From IMG/VR virus record IMGVR_UViG_3300022660_000042: a stretch of 64,000 bases of DNA. The stretch is one strand, 5' to 3'. This document shows, piece after piece, positions 1 to 9,481 of the stretch; positions within the stretch are counted from its first letter, which is position 1, and each line of letters begins with the position of its first letter. Made by a program: the position numbers and the translations under genes. The notes under the pieces are model-generated. The model was not told where the DNA came from. It did no database searches and saw only the letters and a program-made list of their open reading frames with translations. Source of the DNA: a virus (lineage: Duplodnaviria; Heunggongvirae; Uroviricota; Caudoviricetes).

Positions 1-5
1 ATCGC

Positions 6-287
6 ATGGATATTATTTTGGTGAATAAAAAATATGGTTACGAATCAAAGATCCCGTTTCCGTTAGTAGAACCGGTTAGACTTTGGGAAAACACTGCAAT
101 GATTTTAAACGGCGGTAAAAAGAACTATAGTATATGGGCATCGGATTTTGAAGATTTGAACCTTATTCTTCCAAATAATACAAAATTAGTTCTTAAAGAT
201 TTTAAAAATGTAAAGGAACTATATGATTATATAGTTCCTATCCTAAACAACGAAGAAAACAAATTTGTACTTGAAAACTATATTTAA
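6..287 (+). CDS. hypothetical small protein, CT-tag variant
   Basis: 93-aa ORF ending EENKFVLENYI. Confidence 0.7.
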   Translation: MDIILVNKKYGYESKIPFPLVEPVRLWENTAMILNGGKKNYSIWASDFEDLNLILPNNTKLVLKDFKNVKELYDYIVPILNNEENKFVLENYI

Positions 288-685
288 AGTTCGTCAAGCT
301 TATTCATGGTTTTTGCGAATTCAAGATTATCCTTTATAATATCGTGAAAACCAGAAACACTGTCATTAAATTCGTAATCATTTATTCCGTATTTCAATTT
401 AAGTTCTTTATAATCATTTTTCGTTTTATCGGTTAACACGAATATCATAAATTGACTGGTAAGATAAAAACGATTATTTAATAGTAAAATTTCACGTCCA
501 CTTACTTGTAATATCTCATTGACGTTTTCTTCATTGACAGCAAGTGCCTGAAAATAAACCGTAGGCTTATCTTTATATGAATACGTAATATATGGAACTT
601 CTGAAATTACGTTCGTAATGTCAACGGCCGTTTTACCATTGACTACTGCTGTACTAACACGATGTTTATGAAATTTTAAACCCAT
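284..685 (-). CDS. hypothetical protein, CT-tag
   Basis: start moved to ATG 685, 1 nt after the upstream stop; ends KTMNKLDEL. Confidence 0.7.
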   Translation of the reverse strand: MGLKFHKHRVSTAVVNGKTAVDITNVISEVPYITYSYKDKPTVYFQALAVNEENVNEILQVSGREILLLNNRFYLTSQFMIFVLTDKTKNDYKELKLKYGINDYEFNDSVSGFHDIIKDNLEFAKTMNKLDEL

Positions 686-686
686 T

Positions 687-962
687 TTAAAGCTTCTCGA
701 TAGCATTATTAGTTCTAAATTTTTCGACAGCGACGGTAAACTTATCATAATTTTCCTTATTATAAAGGTCCCCGTATTTTGTACCATTCAGAATAACACA
801 ATCATTCTTGTTCTTGGTTATCATATACCACGATTTGGTATTATTCATTTGGTCTACTTTAATTTGAATAACACCACCTTTTACGATTAAACTCGTAATA
901 TCGGTGAATTCCACACGTTTTTGTGAATAACGACCCGTACTTATAAATAGTTCATTTTTCAT
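687..962 (-). CDS. hypothetical small protein, CT-tag, leaderless
   Basis: TTGACA-N17-TATATT-N7-ATG; ends NNAIEKL. Confidence 0.8.
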   Translation of the reverse strand: MKNELFISTGRYSQKRVEFTDITSLIVKGGVIQIKVDQMNNTKSWYMITKNKNDCVILNGTKYGDLYNKENYDKFTVAVEKFRTNNAIEKL

Positions 963-981
963 ATTATATAATATAACAAAC

Positions 982-1290
982 TTAATCCAGTTTGTCAATA
1001 GCTTTTTCTACGTTATATTTTTCAATATACGGCGAAATCAGGTCTATAAATTCATGTATAGGTTTTGTTTTGTCAAAATGTATGCTAATATCATTATACA
1101 TGAAATAGGCTTCAGCTTCTATATCGTTTGGGTCTATCATAATAGATATTCTTTGATGAGTAAATTCATCTTCATAACAACAGCCCAAATAACCGTCTGC
1201 GTCATTAGCATATATCAATTCTCCGACACTCCACATAACCCGGTGGTTTCTATTAATCATACGTAATTTTATAGTAGGCGGTCTCTGCAT
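982..1290 (-). CDS. hypothetical small protein, CT-tag, leaderless
   Basis: TTTACA-N17-TATATT-N6-ATG; ends EKAIDKLD. Confidence 0.8.
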   Translation of the reverse strand: MQRPPTIKLRMINRNHRVMWSVGELIYANDADGYLGCCYEDEFTHQRISIMIDPNDIEAEAYFMYNDISIHFDKTKPIHEFIDLISPYIEKYNVEKAIDKLD

Positions 1291-1296
1291 ACTCAT

Positions 1297-1364
1297 AATA
1301 TAGTAATTCAGTTCTTATTTGTAAACCCGTTGACGGTTTTAAAATATTTTGCTATATTATTAGC
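1297..1364. promoter_or_regulatory. back-to-back sigma70-type early promoters
   Basis: TTGACG...TATATT on + and TTTACA...TATATT on -, each 6 nt before an ATG. Confidence 0.7.
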
Positions 1365-1691
1365 ATGACAAAACCTAAGATTTTAATCTATCATTTTTCG
1401 TATGACCCAGAAGAGTTCGATATTGATAGGTTTAATGATTTCGTTATCAGAGAGAATTTGTCAACGGGTACAGCTTTAGCTGTACCGTTGACTTCTCCAA
1501 AATTACGTAGTATTAGGAACAGAATTGCATTTATTCCGCAAAGTCATTTTAATCATAAAGATGTATATTTTATGATAGATGACGTAAAATATGAGTTTCC
1601 CGGTAAACCGCTTCATGAAATTTATAAAACAATGTCAGAAGCAATATATGAAAAAATAGTAGAATATAAGCTTTCGGTGTTAAATGGCTAA
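1365..1691 (+). CDS. hypothetical small protein, family A-like, leaderless
   Basis: FMIDDVKY hairpin motif; ends EYKLSVLNG. Confidence 0.8.
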   Translation: MTKPKILIYHFSYDPEEFDIDRFNDFVIRENLSTGTALAVPLTSPKLRSIRNRIAFIPQSHFNHKDVYFMIDDVKYEFPGKPLHEIYKTMSEAIYEKIVEYKLSVLNG

Positions 1692-2025
1692 TATAGTAGC
1701 GTTTAGATATACAGAAAAATACAAGCCACTTTTAGGTGGTAAAGAAATCCCAGTAAGTCAAATGAATTTCAATGACGAAATTCATGCATATTCCAATTTA
1801 TATAAAGGATATACAACAGTCGCTTTTTGCGGTATAAAGAAATGGGCCGAGGCTGAATATACTCTTTATTATTATGTCAAATGGTTTGCTACTGAAGAGA
1901 TAAGATTGAGCTGGGACGATAATTGCTATGTCATTTATGATGGTGTCAAATATACTACTGTAGAAAAACTGTATGCCGCGATAGAAAATAAGAAAAATCT
2001 AGCAATACTTGATACTTACCTATAA
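1684..2025 (+). CDS. hypothetical small protein, family A-like
   Basis: VIYDGVKY motif; ends NLAILDTYL. Confidence 0.8.
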   Translation: MANIVAFRYTEKYKPLLGGKEIPVSQMNFNDEIHAYSNLYKGYTTVAFCGIKKWAEAEYTLYYYVKWFATEEIRLSWDDNCYVIYDGVKYTTVEKLYAAIENKKNLAILDTYL

Positions 2026-2052
2026 AAAATGACGGACCGCCAGATCCGTCAT
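2024..2052 (-). terminator. intrinsic terminator
   Basis: ATGACGGA/TCCGTCAT stem with an A6 tract between convergent genes. Confidence 0.65.
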
Positions 2053-2103
2053 GAATTATCATATTGTTGAAACGTGTTCGACAAAGAACCAATATGATAA
2101 AAT

Positions 2104-2616
2104 TTAAATTGCGTCAGTACCAGAACGATTTTCGATAATCTTGAAGATTGCTTCAAGCTTCGGTTTTAAAGTTTCCTCTGCCTCGTCGAAATCTTCAGCC
2201 ATATACGGAATCATTTCCTTGATGGCTTCTGTAACTTTAGCACGGATAGAATCCTCTTTTTCTATAACTTCTGTTTCGCCCCAACCTGGGTCATAGGTTC
2301 CGAAATCACGTCCATCCCAGCTTGGTTCTTCGCCAGTATAGCGAACTTCGACTTCGATTGAATTACCGTCACCGCCTGTAGAATCATACTGCTCATCGAA
2401 ATCCTTAACAAAACCAGGAAGGATCTCTTCGATTTTGGCGACTTCTTCCTTTGTAACGCCCAAGCGACAAGTCAAATCAAAAGACTTCTTAAGCGGATTA
2501 CCATGATAATCCAGCAATTTATCAATATAGATAGGAACTTTTACTGTGTCATCATTATAATGTTCACAGACATATCCGTTATTTTCCAAAATAATCAAAG
2601 ATTCGCTTACTTTCAT
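2104..2616 (-). CDS. acidic late protein, possible internal head protein
   Basis: TATAAATA at 2634-2641 and GAGGT RBS; N-terminus MKVSESLIILE; D/E-rich. Confidence 0.7.
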   Translation of the reverse strand: MKVSESLIILENNGYVCEHYNDDTVKVPIYIDKLLDYHGNPLKKSFDLTCRLGVTKEEVAKIEEILPGFVKDFDEQYDSTGGDGNSIEVEVRYTGEEPSWDGRDFGTYDPGWGETEVIEKEDSIRAKVTEAIKEMIPYMAEDFDEAEETLKPKLEAIFKIIENRSGTDAI

Positions 2617-2680
2617 TATAACCTCATTTTTATTATTTATAGCATTGACGAAAAGTGAATCTCTTGCTATATTTAGTAAC

Positions 2681-2962
2681 ATGACACGAAATACGCAAAA
2701 TACAATTTCAACTATCTGGATTTTTCTTGCATCATTCGTATTTACCTTTATGGTAGGCTGGATTGTTTATGAAATGATTGAAAAATCTCCAGATATTGAT
2801 TATACGAAGAGTTATAGTGTCGAAGAAGTACAGAAGCTTGTTGATGAAAAAGTTACTAATGTAACCTGTGGAGTAATCAATAATGAAATTCTGTGTATCT
2901 ATACTAATCACAAAACTTCTCGTAATCCGGTATTTTGTACTGTTAAATGGAATGGTAAATAA
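2681..2962 (+). CDS. membrane protein (1 TM), leaderless
   Basis: hydrophobic IWIFLASFVFTFMVGWIVY; TTGACG-N17-TATATT promoter. Confidence 0.7.
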   Translation: MTRNTQNTISTIWIFLASFVFTFMVGWIVYEMIEKSPDIDYTKSYSVEEVQKLVDEKVTNVTCGVINNEILCIYTNHKTSRNPVFCTVKWNGK

Positions 2963-2971
2963 AGGAAAATC

Positions 2972-3259
2972 ATGGTACCTCTCAAATATACAATCGGAAT
3001 TCTGGCAATTTATGTAGCCTTGTTCATAATTCTTGGTTTTATAAGTCTGCCGACACTTTTATTGGTGTTAGGTATAATGTTCGTTATTTCGACAATTATC
3101 TATGTTGTCATACTCATTGAAGAAAGGATTTGGACATATTCGCTTATCTGGGACAATCTTATTGGATATGCCGCAATGGCCTACGGTATCGTATTCTTCC
3201 TTCTTCCGATTATCGTCCTTAATTGCATCGAAGACAGAATAGAACGTAACGAAAGATGA
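2972..3259 (+). CDS. small multi-pass membrane protein
   Basis: three hydrophobic stretches in 95 aa; AAGGA RBS. Confidence 0.7.
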   Translation: MVPLKYTIGILAIYVALFIILGFISLPTLLLVLGIMFVISTIIYVVILIEERIWTYSLIWDNLIGYAAMAYGIVFFLLPIIVLNCIEDRIERNER

Positions 3260-3260
3260 T

Positions 3261-3590
3261 ATGATTAATGTTATTTTTACAAATGACGGATATACACAAC
3301 AACATGATGTTGCTGAAATTGATAACGTCAATATAGACGAACATCCTAGTTTTGTAGAAGCATGTGAGCAAAAAGACATCGTTAATAATACCATGATAAC
3401 TCTTACATGGAGATCTTCAGATTATCATGGATTATATGTTTTAAAGCTTGGAACATTTCCGCTTTATAAGGCATATTTAGAAATTGACGGAAAGAAATAT
3501 ATGTATACCGACATAATGAAAAATATTGAAAAATTCAAAGCCAGGATTGAACAGGAAAAAGTTAAACTTGCATTGGAGACATTAGCATGA
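3261..3590 (+). CDS. family A paralogue, CT-tag
   Basis: YLEIDGKKYMYTDI...KLALETLA. Confidence 0.85.
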   Translation: MINVIFTNDGYTQQHDVAEIDNVNIDEHPSFVEACEQKDIVNNTMITLTWRSSDYHGLYVLKLGTFPLYKAYLEIDGKKYMYTDIMKNIEKFKARIEQEKVKLALETLA

Positions 3591-3874
3591 TTAAGTTTAC
3601 ACTTGATGGTAGAAACTATGAAATCGAATCCATGCAAGATTTTTCTCTTTGGGTTCATTACGAATCAAAACATAGAAAACGAGAAAACTATATTAAAGCA
3701 GAAGTACGTCCTGTAGGTTATGAAGCACATCATGTTTTTGAACTGAGAAACGAAGATAGTATACAGATTGACGATAAAAAGTTTGACCTTCCATATATTT
3801 GTGAACATTTTGATTTGATTAAATCTAAAATTTTACATAATCTTGAACTTAAATGCCTGGATAATTTAGCATGA
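3587..3874 (+). CDS. family A paralogue, CT-tag
   Basis: ATGA overlap; IQIDDKKF...KCLDNLA. Confidence 0.85.
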   Translation: MIKFTLDGRNYEIESMQDFSLWVHYESKHRKRENYIKAEVRPVGYEAHHVFELRNEDSIQIDDKKFDLPYICEHFDLIKSKILHNLELKCLDNLA

Positions 3875-4155
3875 TTAAACTTATTAGAGAATATCATTAT
3901 TCGCGTTCAGATGACCATTATGTAGTAAAGCAACTGTTTGGTTTTGAAAAATCTAGTAATGGCATAAGTCTTTTCTTTGAAGACCAAATGGGAAAAAACC
4001 AAATGATAAATACAGCCGATACAGAAAAAACAGAAACAAAACTGTATATAAACGACATTCTTTATACAAACAAAGATATTATGTGGAAATTTGATAAAAT
4101 TTCTGCACTGTTAACTCAAGATATAAATTTGACAGCTATTGAGTCTCTTCCATAG
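3871..4155 (+). CDS. family A paralogue, CT-tag
   Basis: ATGA overlap; LYINDILY...TAIESLP. Confidence 0.85.
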   Translation: MIKLIREYHYSRSDDHYVVKQLFGFEKSSNGISLFFEDQMGKNQMINTADTEKTETKLYINDILYTNKDIMWKFDKISALLTQDINLTAIESLP

Positions 4156-4163
4156 AGGAATAT

Positions 4164-4532
4164 ATGGATTTTGAAAAAATAAAGAAAAATGAATGTTTTT
4201 CGAAACAGATGATTCTGGATAATCCAAATCAGCCATATATTTTTAGATATGATAAATGGGATAATTATGACCTGATTATACCAATAGAAACCAATGATTC
4301 TACTACCCATATACTTGGTGCGGTTTTCCATTATGAAGATGAAAATACATATTTATACAACGGTTGTTCTTATATAAATCTTCTCGGTGTAAATCTTAAG
4401 AGTATGAAATTGTTTACTCCGCAAAAAGAAATCGAATATGATGCATCTGTTGATGATTATCATGATTTTAGAGATAAAGTTATTATGGTGTTAAATCAAT
4501 TCGAATCCATAGAGGCCGTGGATAGATTATGA
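4164..4532 (+). CDS. small protein, CT-tag
   Basis: AGAGGA RBS; ends IEAVDRL. Confidence 0.85.
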   Translation: MDFEKIKKNECFSKQMILDNPNQPYIFRYDKWDNYDLIIPIETNDSTTHILGAVFHYEDENTYLYNGCSYINLLGVNLKSMKLFTPQKEIEYDASVDDYHDFRDKVIMVLNQFESIEAVDRL

Positions 4533-4876
4533 AGTTCATTGTAAAAATCGGTAATAATATAGCCATAACATATGAGATGATAGCTCTCGAAGGCATATTT
4601 ATCGAAAGGCCGAGTACTAAATTTACAAATTCACAACAGGACATGATTGATTACAAAACAATCTATATCCATTTTCATTATTCAAAGAGAAACAACCGCG
4701 AAGTACATGCCAATATAACTATGCCTATTGGTGAATTTCTTGACGGTAATAAAATGATGTATATAGATGCTGGAAAAGAACAGATTTATTACAAAGATAT
4801 TGTTGCAAATCCGGCAAAAGCAGCAGTCAGGATAAATAACCTCATTTTACTTGATACTATCGAGGCTTTGCCATAA
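4529..4876 (+). CDS. family A paralogue, CT-tag
   Basis: ATGA overlap; YIDAGKEQIYYKDI...DTIEALP. Confidence 0.85.
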   Translation: MKFIVKIGNNIAITYEMIALEGIFIERPSTKFTNSQQDMIDYKTIYIHFHYSKRNNREVHANITMPIGEFLDGNKMMYIDAGKEQIYYKDIVANPAKAAVRINNLILLDTIEALP

Positions 4877-4886
4877 CAGTATTACT

Positions 4887-5174
4887 ATGTTAATAGAGCT
4901 TTATCCAAATAAAAAATATAGAGTGCCATCTAAAATTAAGCACGTCAATAAAATTGTTGCCGAAAAAACGGAACCTCTTTCATTTATTGATTTTATAGAT
5001 ACAGATGATAAACCGCATATCATGGTTATCGGTACAGAATCTATAATAGTAGTTGACTATGGACCGGTTGAATTACCTTTAATATTTAGTTATAAAGATA
5101 TATTAGAAAATCCGGAAGCTATTACAGCAAAACTACATAATTTAGAAAACGAAGCTGTACTTGACAGATTATAG
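4887..5174 (+). CDS. family A paralogue, CT-tag
   Basis: start moved to MLIELY; FSYKDI...EAVLDRL. Confidence 0.8.
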   Translation: MLIELYPNKKYRVPSKIKHVNKIVAEKTEPLSFIDFIDTDDKPHIMVIGTESIIVVDYGPVELPLIFSYKDILENPEAITAKLHNLENEAVLDRL

Positions 5175-5212
5175 CCATTGACAAAAATGAGATTTTTTGC
5201 TATATTAAAACC

Positions 5213-5530
5213 ATGATTAGACTTATCATGGAATCAAAACCTCATGAACAATGGGAACAGCATAGGCAGTTTAAAGTAAAATCTGCCGTTCTTATTAAGC
5301 AAAAAACTCATAGTCAATATGAGTCGGATTTGATTGTCCAATATACGTCGTTTAATAATAGTTCTTATAATAGTTATGGATTTGAAGCTCAATTTGAAAA
5401 AGAAACGCATAGATTATTGCTTGAAATCGGCGGCGAAGTTTACGGGCATGATGATTTGATTAAAAACGTCGATAAGTATAATGCATTGCTGGAAAACGAA
5501 GCTATAAAAGAAGCAATAGACAGATTATGA
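5213..5530 (+). CDS. family A paralogue, CT-tag, leaderless
   Basis: TTGACA-N17-TATATT-N6-ATG; LEIGGEVY...EAIDRL. Confidence 0.85.
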   Translation: MIRLIMESKPHEQWEQHRQFKVKSAVLIKQKTHSQYESDLIVQYTSFNNSSYNSYGFEAQFEKETHRLLLEIGGEVYGHDDLIKNVDKYNALLENEAIKEAIDRL

Positions 5531-5823
5531 TTCGAATAATATACAGACAATATAATGAAAAAACCAAGAAATGGGAAATGAATTTAGCATTTCCCGTTTA
5601 TCAAGCGGAATTGTCTGTTAATACTAATAAATTAATCGATATTAAATATAAAAATTATTACGGTCATGATTTCTTAACAACATTCAAGAATTCTAATGAT
5701 ACACAGATGACGCTTGAATTTGATGATGAAGAATATAGTATTCTTGATATGATTAATAATTTTGATAAAGTAAAGTCAAAAGTTTATAACGAATACCTAC
5801 ATGATATTTTGGAAGCATTATGA
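5527..5823 (+). CDS. family A paralogue, CT-tag
   Basis: ATGA overlap; LEFDDEEY...DILEAL. Confidence 0.85.
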   Translation: MIRIIYRQYNEKTKKWEMNLAFPVYQAELSVNTNKLIDIKYKNYYGHDFLTTFKNSNDTQMTLEFDDEEYSILDMINNFDKVKSKVYNEYLHDILEAL

Positions 5824-6158
5824 TTAAAGTTGTCAGAAAAATGACATATGATAATGAACCCACGACCACGACATTTTATGTTCTTGGTCCTTATGTTTTT
5901 CGTACAGTAGTAAGTTCTAGACAATATATTTGTTTAGGCTATACTGATATTAAAAGAGAAATTAAAGAGCCGTATGAACATAAACCAAATTATTTTATTT
6001 TAGGAATTGTTACCAATTCCTCAGGTAAAAATTATAATACATGGCTTGAAACAGACGCTGGCACGTTTACTGACCAATATATAGATAAACATCTGGATAA
6101 AGTCAACGCTATATTGACTCAGGAATCCAACAAAGAAATTCTTGATTGCCTACCATGA
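5820..6158 (+). CDS. family A paralogue, CT-tag
   Basis: ATGA overlap; ends EILDCLP. Confidence 0.85.
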   Translation: MIKVVRKMTYDNEPTTTTFYVLGPYVFRTVVSSRQYICLGYTDIKREIKEPYEHKPNYFILGIVTNSSGKNYNTWLETDAGTFTDQYIDKHLDKVNAILTQESNKEILDCLP

Positions 6159-6454
6159 TTAGTGTGACCCAATATAAGAAAGATAATACGTTCCATTCAA
6201 AAGTGGATTTGCCGACCTATACTAATAAAAATTGGAATCCTTATTTAAGTAATAATCCGTATCATCAATATAGGCTTTATATAGCATATGTTTCGCCAGT
6301 AGGTAGACTTGAATCCGTATATCTGGATCCTCGAAGTATATTAAGAATCGGCGACCAAACATATGATTTTAATTATATGCAAAAAAATATGGACCGTATC
6401 AATACGTTGATAGAACAGGAAATAACTCGAGAAGCTATAGAGAAACTGCCATGA
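6155..6454 (+). CDS. family A paralogue, CT-tag
   Basis: ATGA overlap at 6155; LRIGDQTY...EAIEKLP. Confidence 0.85.
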   Translation: MISVTQYKKDNTFHSKVDLPTYTNKNWNPYLSNNPYHQYRLYIAYVSPVGRLESVYLDPRSILRIGDQTYDFNYMQKNMDRINTLIEQEITREAIEKLP

Positions 6455-6771
6455 TTAAACTTGCTATTTATCATTTAGACGAAGGTATAGACGCTAAAAT
6501 AATAGAATGGGGAGAAATACAAGAAATCGGTTATGGCGATTTTTATTTTTGTTATAGAGTGAATAATGGAAATCATCCGCAATATATCTATTTAACAAAT
6601 ACTGAACATAGATATGTTTCAGTTTTTATTAACGAAAAAGAATATATTATTACAAATCCTCACAGCCCATCTGGACCCACAATTAGCCGACTTTTAAAAA
6701 TTAAAGATAAAATTAATGCTTTAATAGTACAAGAAAATATTAAAACTGCAATCGATTCTTTGCCGGGGTAA
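6451..6771 (+). CDS. family A paralogue, CT-tag
   Basis: VFINEKEY...TAIDSLPG. Confidence 0.85.
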   Translation: MIKLAIYHLDEGIDAKIIEWGEIQEIGYGDFYFCYRVNNGNHPQYIYLTNTEHRYVSVFINEKEYIITNPHSPSGPTISRLLKIKDKINALIVQENIKTAIDSLPG

Positions 6772-6773
6772 TA

Positions 6774-7121
6774 ATGGTTGAAATTATAACAAAACGACAT
6801 ACCAATTCAAAAGATTATATCAATCGTAAAGTTTCTGGGCTTTATTTAACTGCTAGAGATGAATATTCAGATGGCCAAATAGATAAAATGAACGGTATCG
6901 TAGTAACTGCAACATTTAAATATGTTGATAATGACCAAAAGAGTTATTCATGGATTCTTGGGCATTTTAAATATTGGACAGGTACAGCAATTCATAATTA
7001 TACTAATTATATTAAAGTAGGTAAACTAAGTTTTTGGTATAAAGATATAATTGAAAATGTTGATAGAATCAATGCACTCATTCAGCAAGAATATTTAAAA
7101 GACGCATTGGAGAAATTATAA
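6774..7121 (+). CDS. family A paralogue, CT-tag
   Basis: YIKVGKLSFWYKDI...DALEKL. Confidence 0.85.
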   Translation: MVEIITKRHTNSKDYINRKVSGLYLTARDEYSDGQIDKMNGIVVTATFKYVDNDQKSYSWILGHFKYWTGTAIHNYTNYIKVGKLSFWYKDIIENVDRINALIQQEYLKDALEKL

Positions 7122-7507
7122 TGAGCGAAAACTTGATATACATGGAATATATGGGAAGTCAACATGTATTTGTTCCAGATAATGAAATAGTTAAGTGTAT
7201 TGAAAAGAGTTCTGACATTACGGATATATATTTGCCTGGAAAATTTTATAATTTATCTAATAACAAAAAGTGGTTAGTTTATGACCCTCTTTTAATAGGT
7301 ACTGAGCTATATTTAAATATATGGCGTGATTGGACATACCATGACGGTTCATTTGAAATAAAATTTGTTCATAAATCGGCAGATGATGATGACCTGTATG
7401 CTAAAATTAGAGATGCTAACAAAAAAGAATTTCTTATCTGCATTAACAAACTGTATATTCATTATAAGAATAAAGAAACTTTGGATATTATAGAAAAACT
7501 ACCATGA
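7121..7507 (+). CDS. small protein, CT-tag
   Basis: TAATG overlap; ends DIIEKLP. Confidence 0.85.
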   Translation: MSENLIYMEYMGSQHVFVPDNEIVKCIEKSSDITDIYLPGKFYNLSNNKKWLVYDPLLIGTELYLNIWRDWTYHDGSFEIKFVHKSADDDDLYAKIRDANKKEFLICINKLYIHYKNKETLDIIEKLP

Positions 7508-7788
7508 TTGTACTTTACGACGGTTTTACAAGATTACGTGCTCGAAATGTAACTGTTACGGCATTACATGATAATGCGCCGGATCCAAGATATTTTTATA
7601 AAGTTGATTTTTATGACATAGGAAATCTTCATAAAGATTCTTTTACTATTTCCATTTATGACGCTGATGCATATATTCAAATTAATAATACCAAATATAC
7701 TTATTGTGACTTGGAACATGATTTATCCAATATACAAGTAGAATTGGAAAAAGAAAATATTTTACATGCGATTGAGAATTTACCATGA
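7504..7788 (+). CDS. family A paralogue, CT-tag
   Basis: YIQINNTKYTYCD...HAIENLP. Confidence 0.85.
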   Translation: MIVLYDGFTRLRARNVTVTALHDNAPDPRYFYKVDFYDIGNLHKDSFTISIYDADAYIQINNTKYTYCDLEHDLSNIQVELEKENILHAIENLP

Positions 7789-8066
7789 TTAAAGTTTATC
7801 ATAAAGGTAATAAAATATCAATTTCTGAAATTACTAAGTTTGAAAAGTATCTTGAGGTTGATACTGGTAAATATTATTTTGAAGTTAAATATTTTCCTGA
7901 ACGTTCGTATGTACAGTCGAGCTGTATTTTTTCAGAATCTAAACAGTTTAACTATATTGAAATTAACAGAGAACGATTTAACTATAAAAAGATGCTTGCA
8001 CATTTTGAAAAAGTAAAAGCACTTATAGAACAAGAAAAAATCGTAAAAGCTATTGATGCATTATAA
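7785..8066 (+). CDS. family A paralogue, CT-tag
   Basis: YIEINRERFNYKK...KAIDAL. Confidence 0.85.
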   Translation: MIKVYHKGNKISISEITKFEKYLEVDTGKYYFEVKYFPERSYVQSSCIFSESKQFNYIEINRERFNYKKMLAHFEKVKALIEQEKIVKAIDAL

Positions 8067-8124
8067 GGGTTGACAATTACTTTATCGTTTACTATATTAA
8101 CGGTATAAACAAAAAGGAACAATC

Positions 8125-8568
8125 ATGTTTAAAGTAATTTATACCAAGGCTGTTGATGGAAACGGACGTTATGCATATGTCGGTGGCGACAAGATGACAT
8201 ATGAATATGCGGACGTACCTGATGAAGAAACTTTCCAAAAGCTTAAGAACGAAATTGTCGAAGAACTTAAGAAGGAAGATTCCCCGCTTGTAAAGGCTTC
8301 GTTCTATAACGAAAAGGGAGTTCCTTTTGAAATCAGTTTCGACGATATTAACGAAGAAGATGAATATTGTCTCATCGATACTGTCAATAACATGACGCTT
8401 AAGAAGCTTGAAGAACGTACCGACGGTATGACCAAGGGACAATGGGAACTGTTTAACGGTTCTTATGACGATAACCTTAAGATTCCGGAAGATCTTGCCG
8501 AAGCGGATGAAAATTCTGACCCGCTTTATGATTATCTTAAGAGCGTTGGACCGACACTTTTGAAGTAA
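8125..8568 (+). CDS. acidic hypothetical protein (untagged)
   Basis: own TTGACA/TATATT promoter and AAGGA RBS; ~23% D+E; codon style differs from neighbours. Confidence 0.8.
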   Translation: MFKVIYTKAVDGNGRYAYVGGDKMTYEYADVPDEETFQKLKNEIVEELKKEDSPLVKASFYNEKGVPFEISFDDINEEDEYCLIDTVNNMTLKKLEERTDGMTKGQWELFNGSYDDNLKIPEDLAEADENSDPLYDYLKSVGPTLLK

Positions 8569-8580
8569 GGAGAAACTACC

Positions 8581-8880
8581 ATGATTCATGTATATGACAA
8601 CTGTAAACTATATACCAATGTTATAAATCCAAAGCTGGAATATGTTACAGACAGTATCTGGCCGCCTTATAATCCCTATTTCTGGATAACTTTCAAGGAA
8701 AGCCCTAATGCACAATTTAATAGGGTAGACTTCCGAGATTTCACTGAGGAAATGAATAACAATTATATCGAAATCAATAACCAGCGATTCAAATATAAAG
8801 ATATAAAAGAAAACCTGGAATATATCCAAGCCCTAATCGAAAACGATATTAACCAGGAAGCTATCGAGTCCCTCCCATGA
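8581..8880 (+). CDS. family A paralogue, CT-tag
   Basis: AAGGAG RBS; YIEINNQRFKYKDI...EAIESLP. Confidence 0.85.
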   Translation: MIHVYDNCKLYTNVINPKLEYVTDSIWPPYNPYFWITFKESPNAQFNRVDFRDFTEEMNNNYIEINNQRFKYKDIKENLEYIQALIENDINQEAIESLP

Positions 8881-9167
8881 TTGAAGTCTACGATACAAAT
8901 AATAAAAAATCAGAAGTAATAGAAGTCATAAGGCTGGATAAACTGACTGACAAATGCGTTAAACCTCCCTATGTCTATTTTTCTCTAATGTATAAAGACT
9001 CTTCTAACCAGAAGGGCTTTACTATATTCTCTATAGGCAGTTCTGAAAATTACCTGTCTATTAACGGAAGAAAATTCAAATATAAAGATATGATAGAAAA
9101 AGAGGGCCTCATAGACGCCCTCCTTACCCAAGAAGAAACCCTTGAAACACTAAATAAGCTACCCTAG
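8877..9167 (+). CDS. family A paralogue, CT-tag
   Basis: YLSINGRKFKYKDM...ETLNKLP. Confidence 0.85.
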   Translation: MIEVYDTNNKKSEVIEVIRLDKLTDKCVKPPYVYFSLMYKDSSNQKGFTIFSIGSSENYLSINGRKFKYKDMIEKEGLIDALLTQEETLETLNKLP

Positions 9168-9481
9168 AGCTTCTTTAGGGCCCTTTCTATATCATACTTG
9201 TTAAATATACTATAGGCATTTTCGGGGTGCCTTATGGCCTTCTTCATGATTGCCATGGGTATGTTCTTAAACTGGAACGCCAACATCTCATTAGTAGTCC
9301 CGATACAGACAGCCTGCTCTTCTTCTATATTCCGAAAATATACGGTAGGGGTAGAATCATAAATGTACAGACATACCGAAAATCCGTCCTTCCGGTAATC
9401 TACAGGATAGGGCTCGTATGTGCTCATAGGGACATATCCACATCTAACCACCAAATCGCGAACCTTCTTAAGCGGATCCAT
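9164..9481 (-). CDS. family B paralogue, CT-tag
   Basis: FKNIP...KYDIERALKKL. Confidence 0.8.
   Translation of the reverse strand: MDPLKKVRDLVVRCGYVPMSTYEPYPVDYRKDGFSVCLYIYDSTPTVYFRNIEEEQAVCIGTTNEMLAFQFKNIPMAIMKKAIRHPENAYSIFNKYDIERALKKL

Noticed and set aside
942-949. TATAAATA late box on + strand
   Set aside because: Inside a minus-strand gene with no plus-strand gene downstream; likely chance in AT-rich DNA
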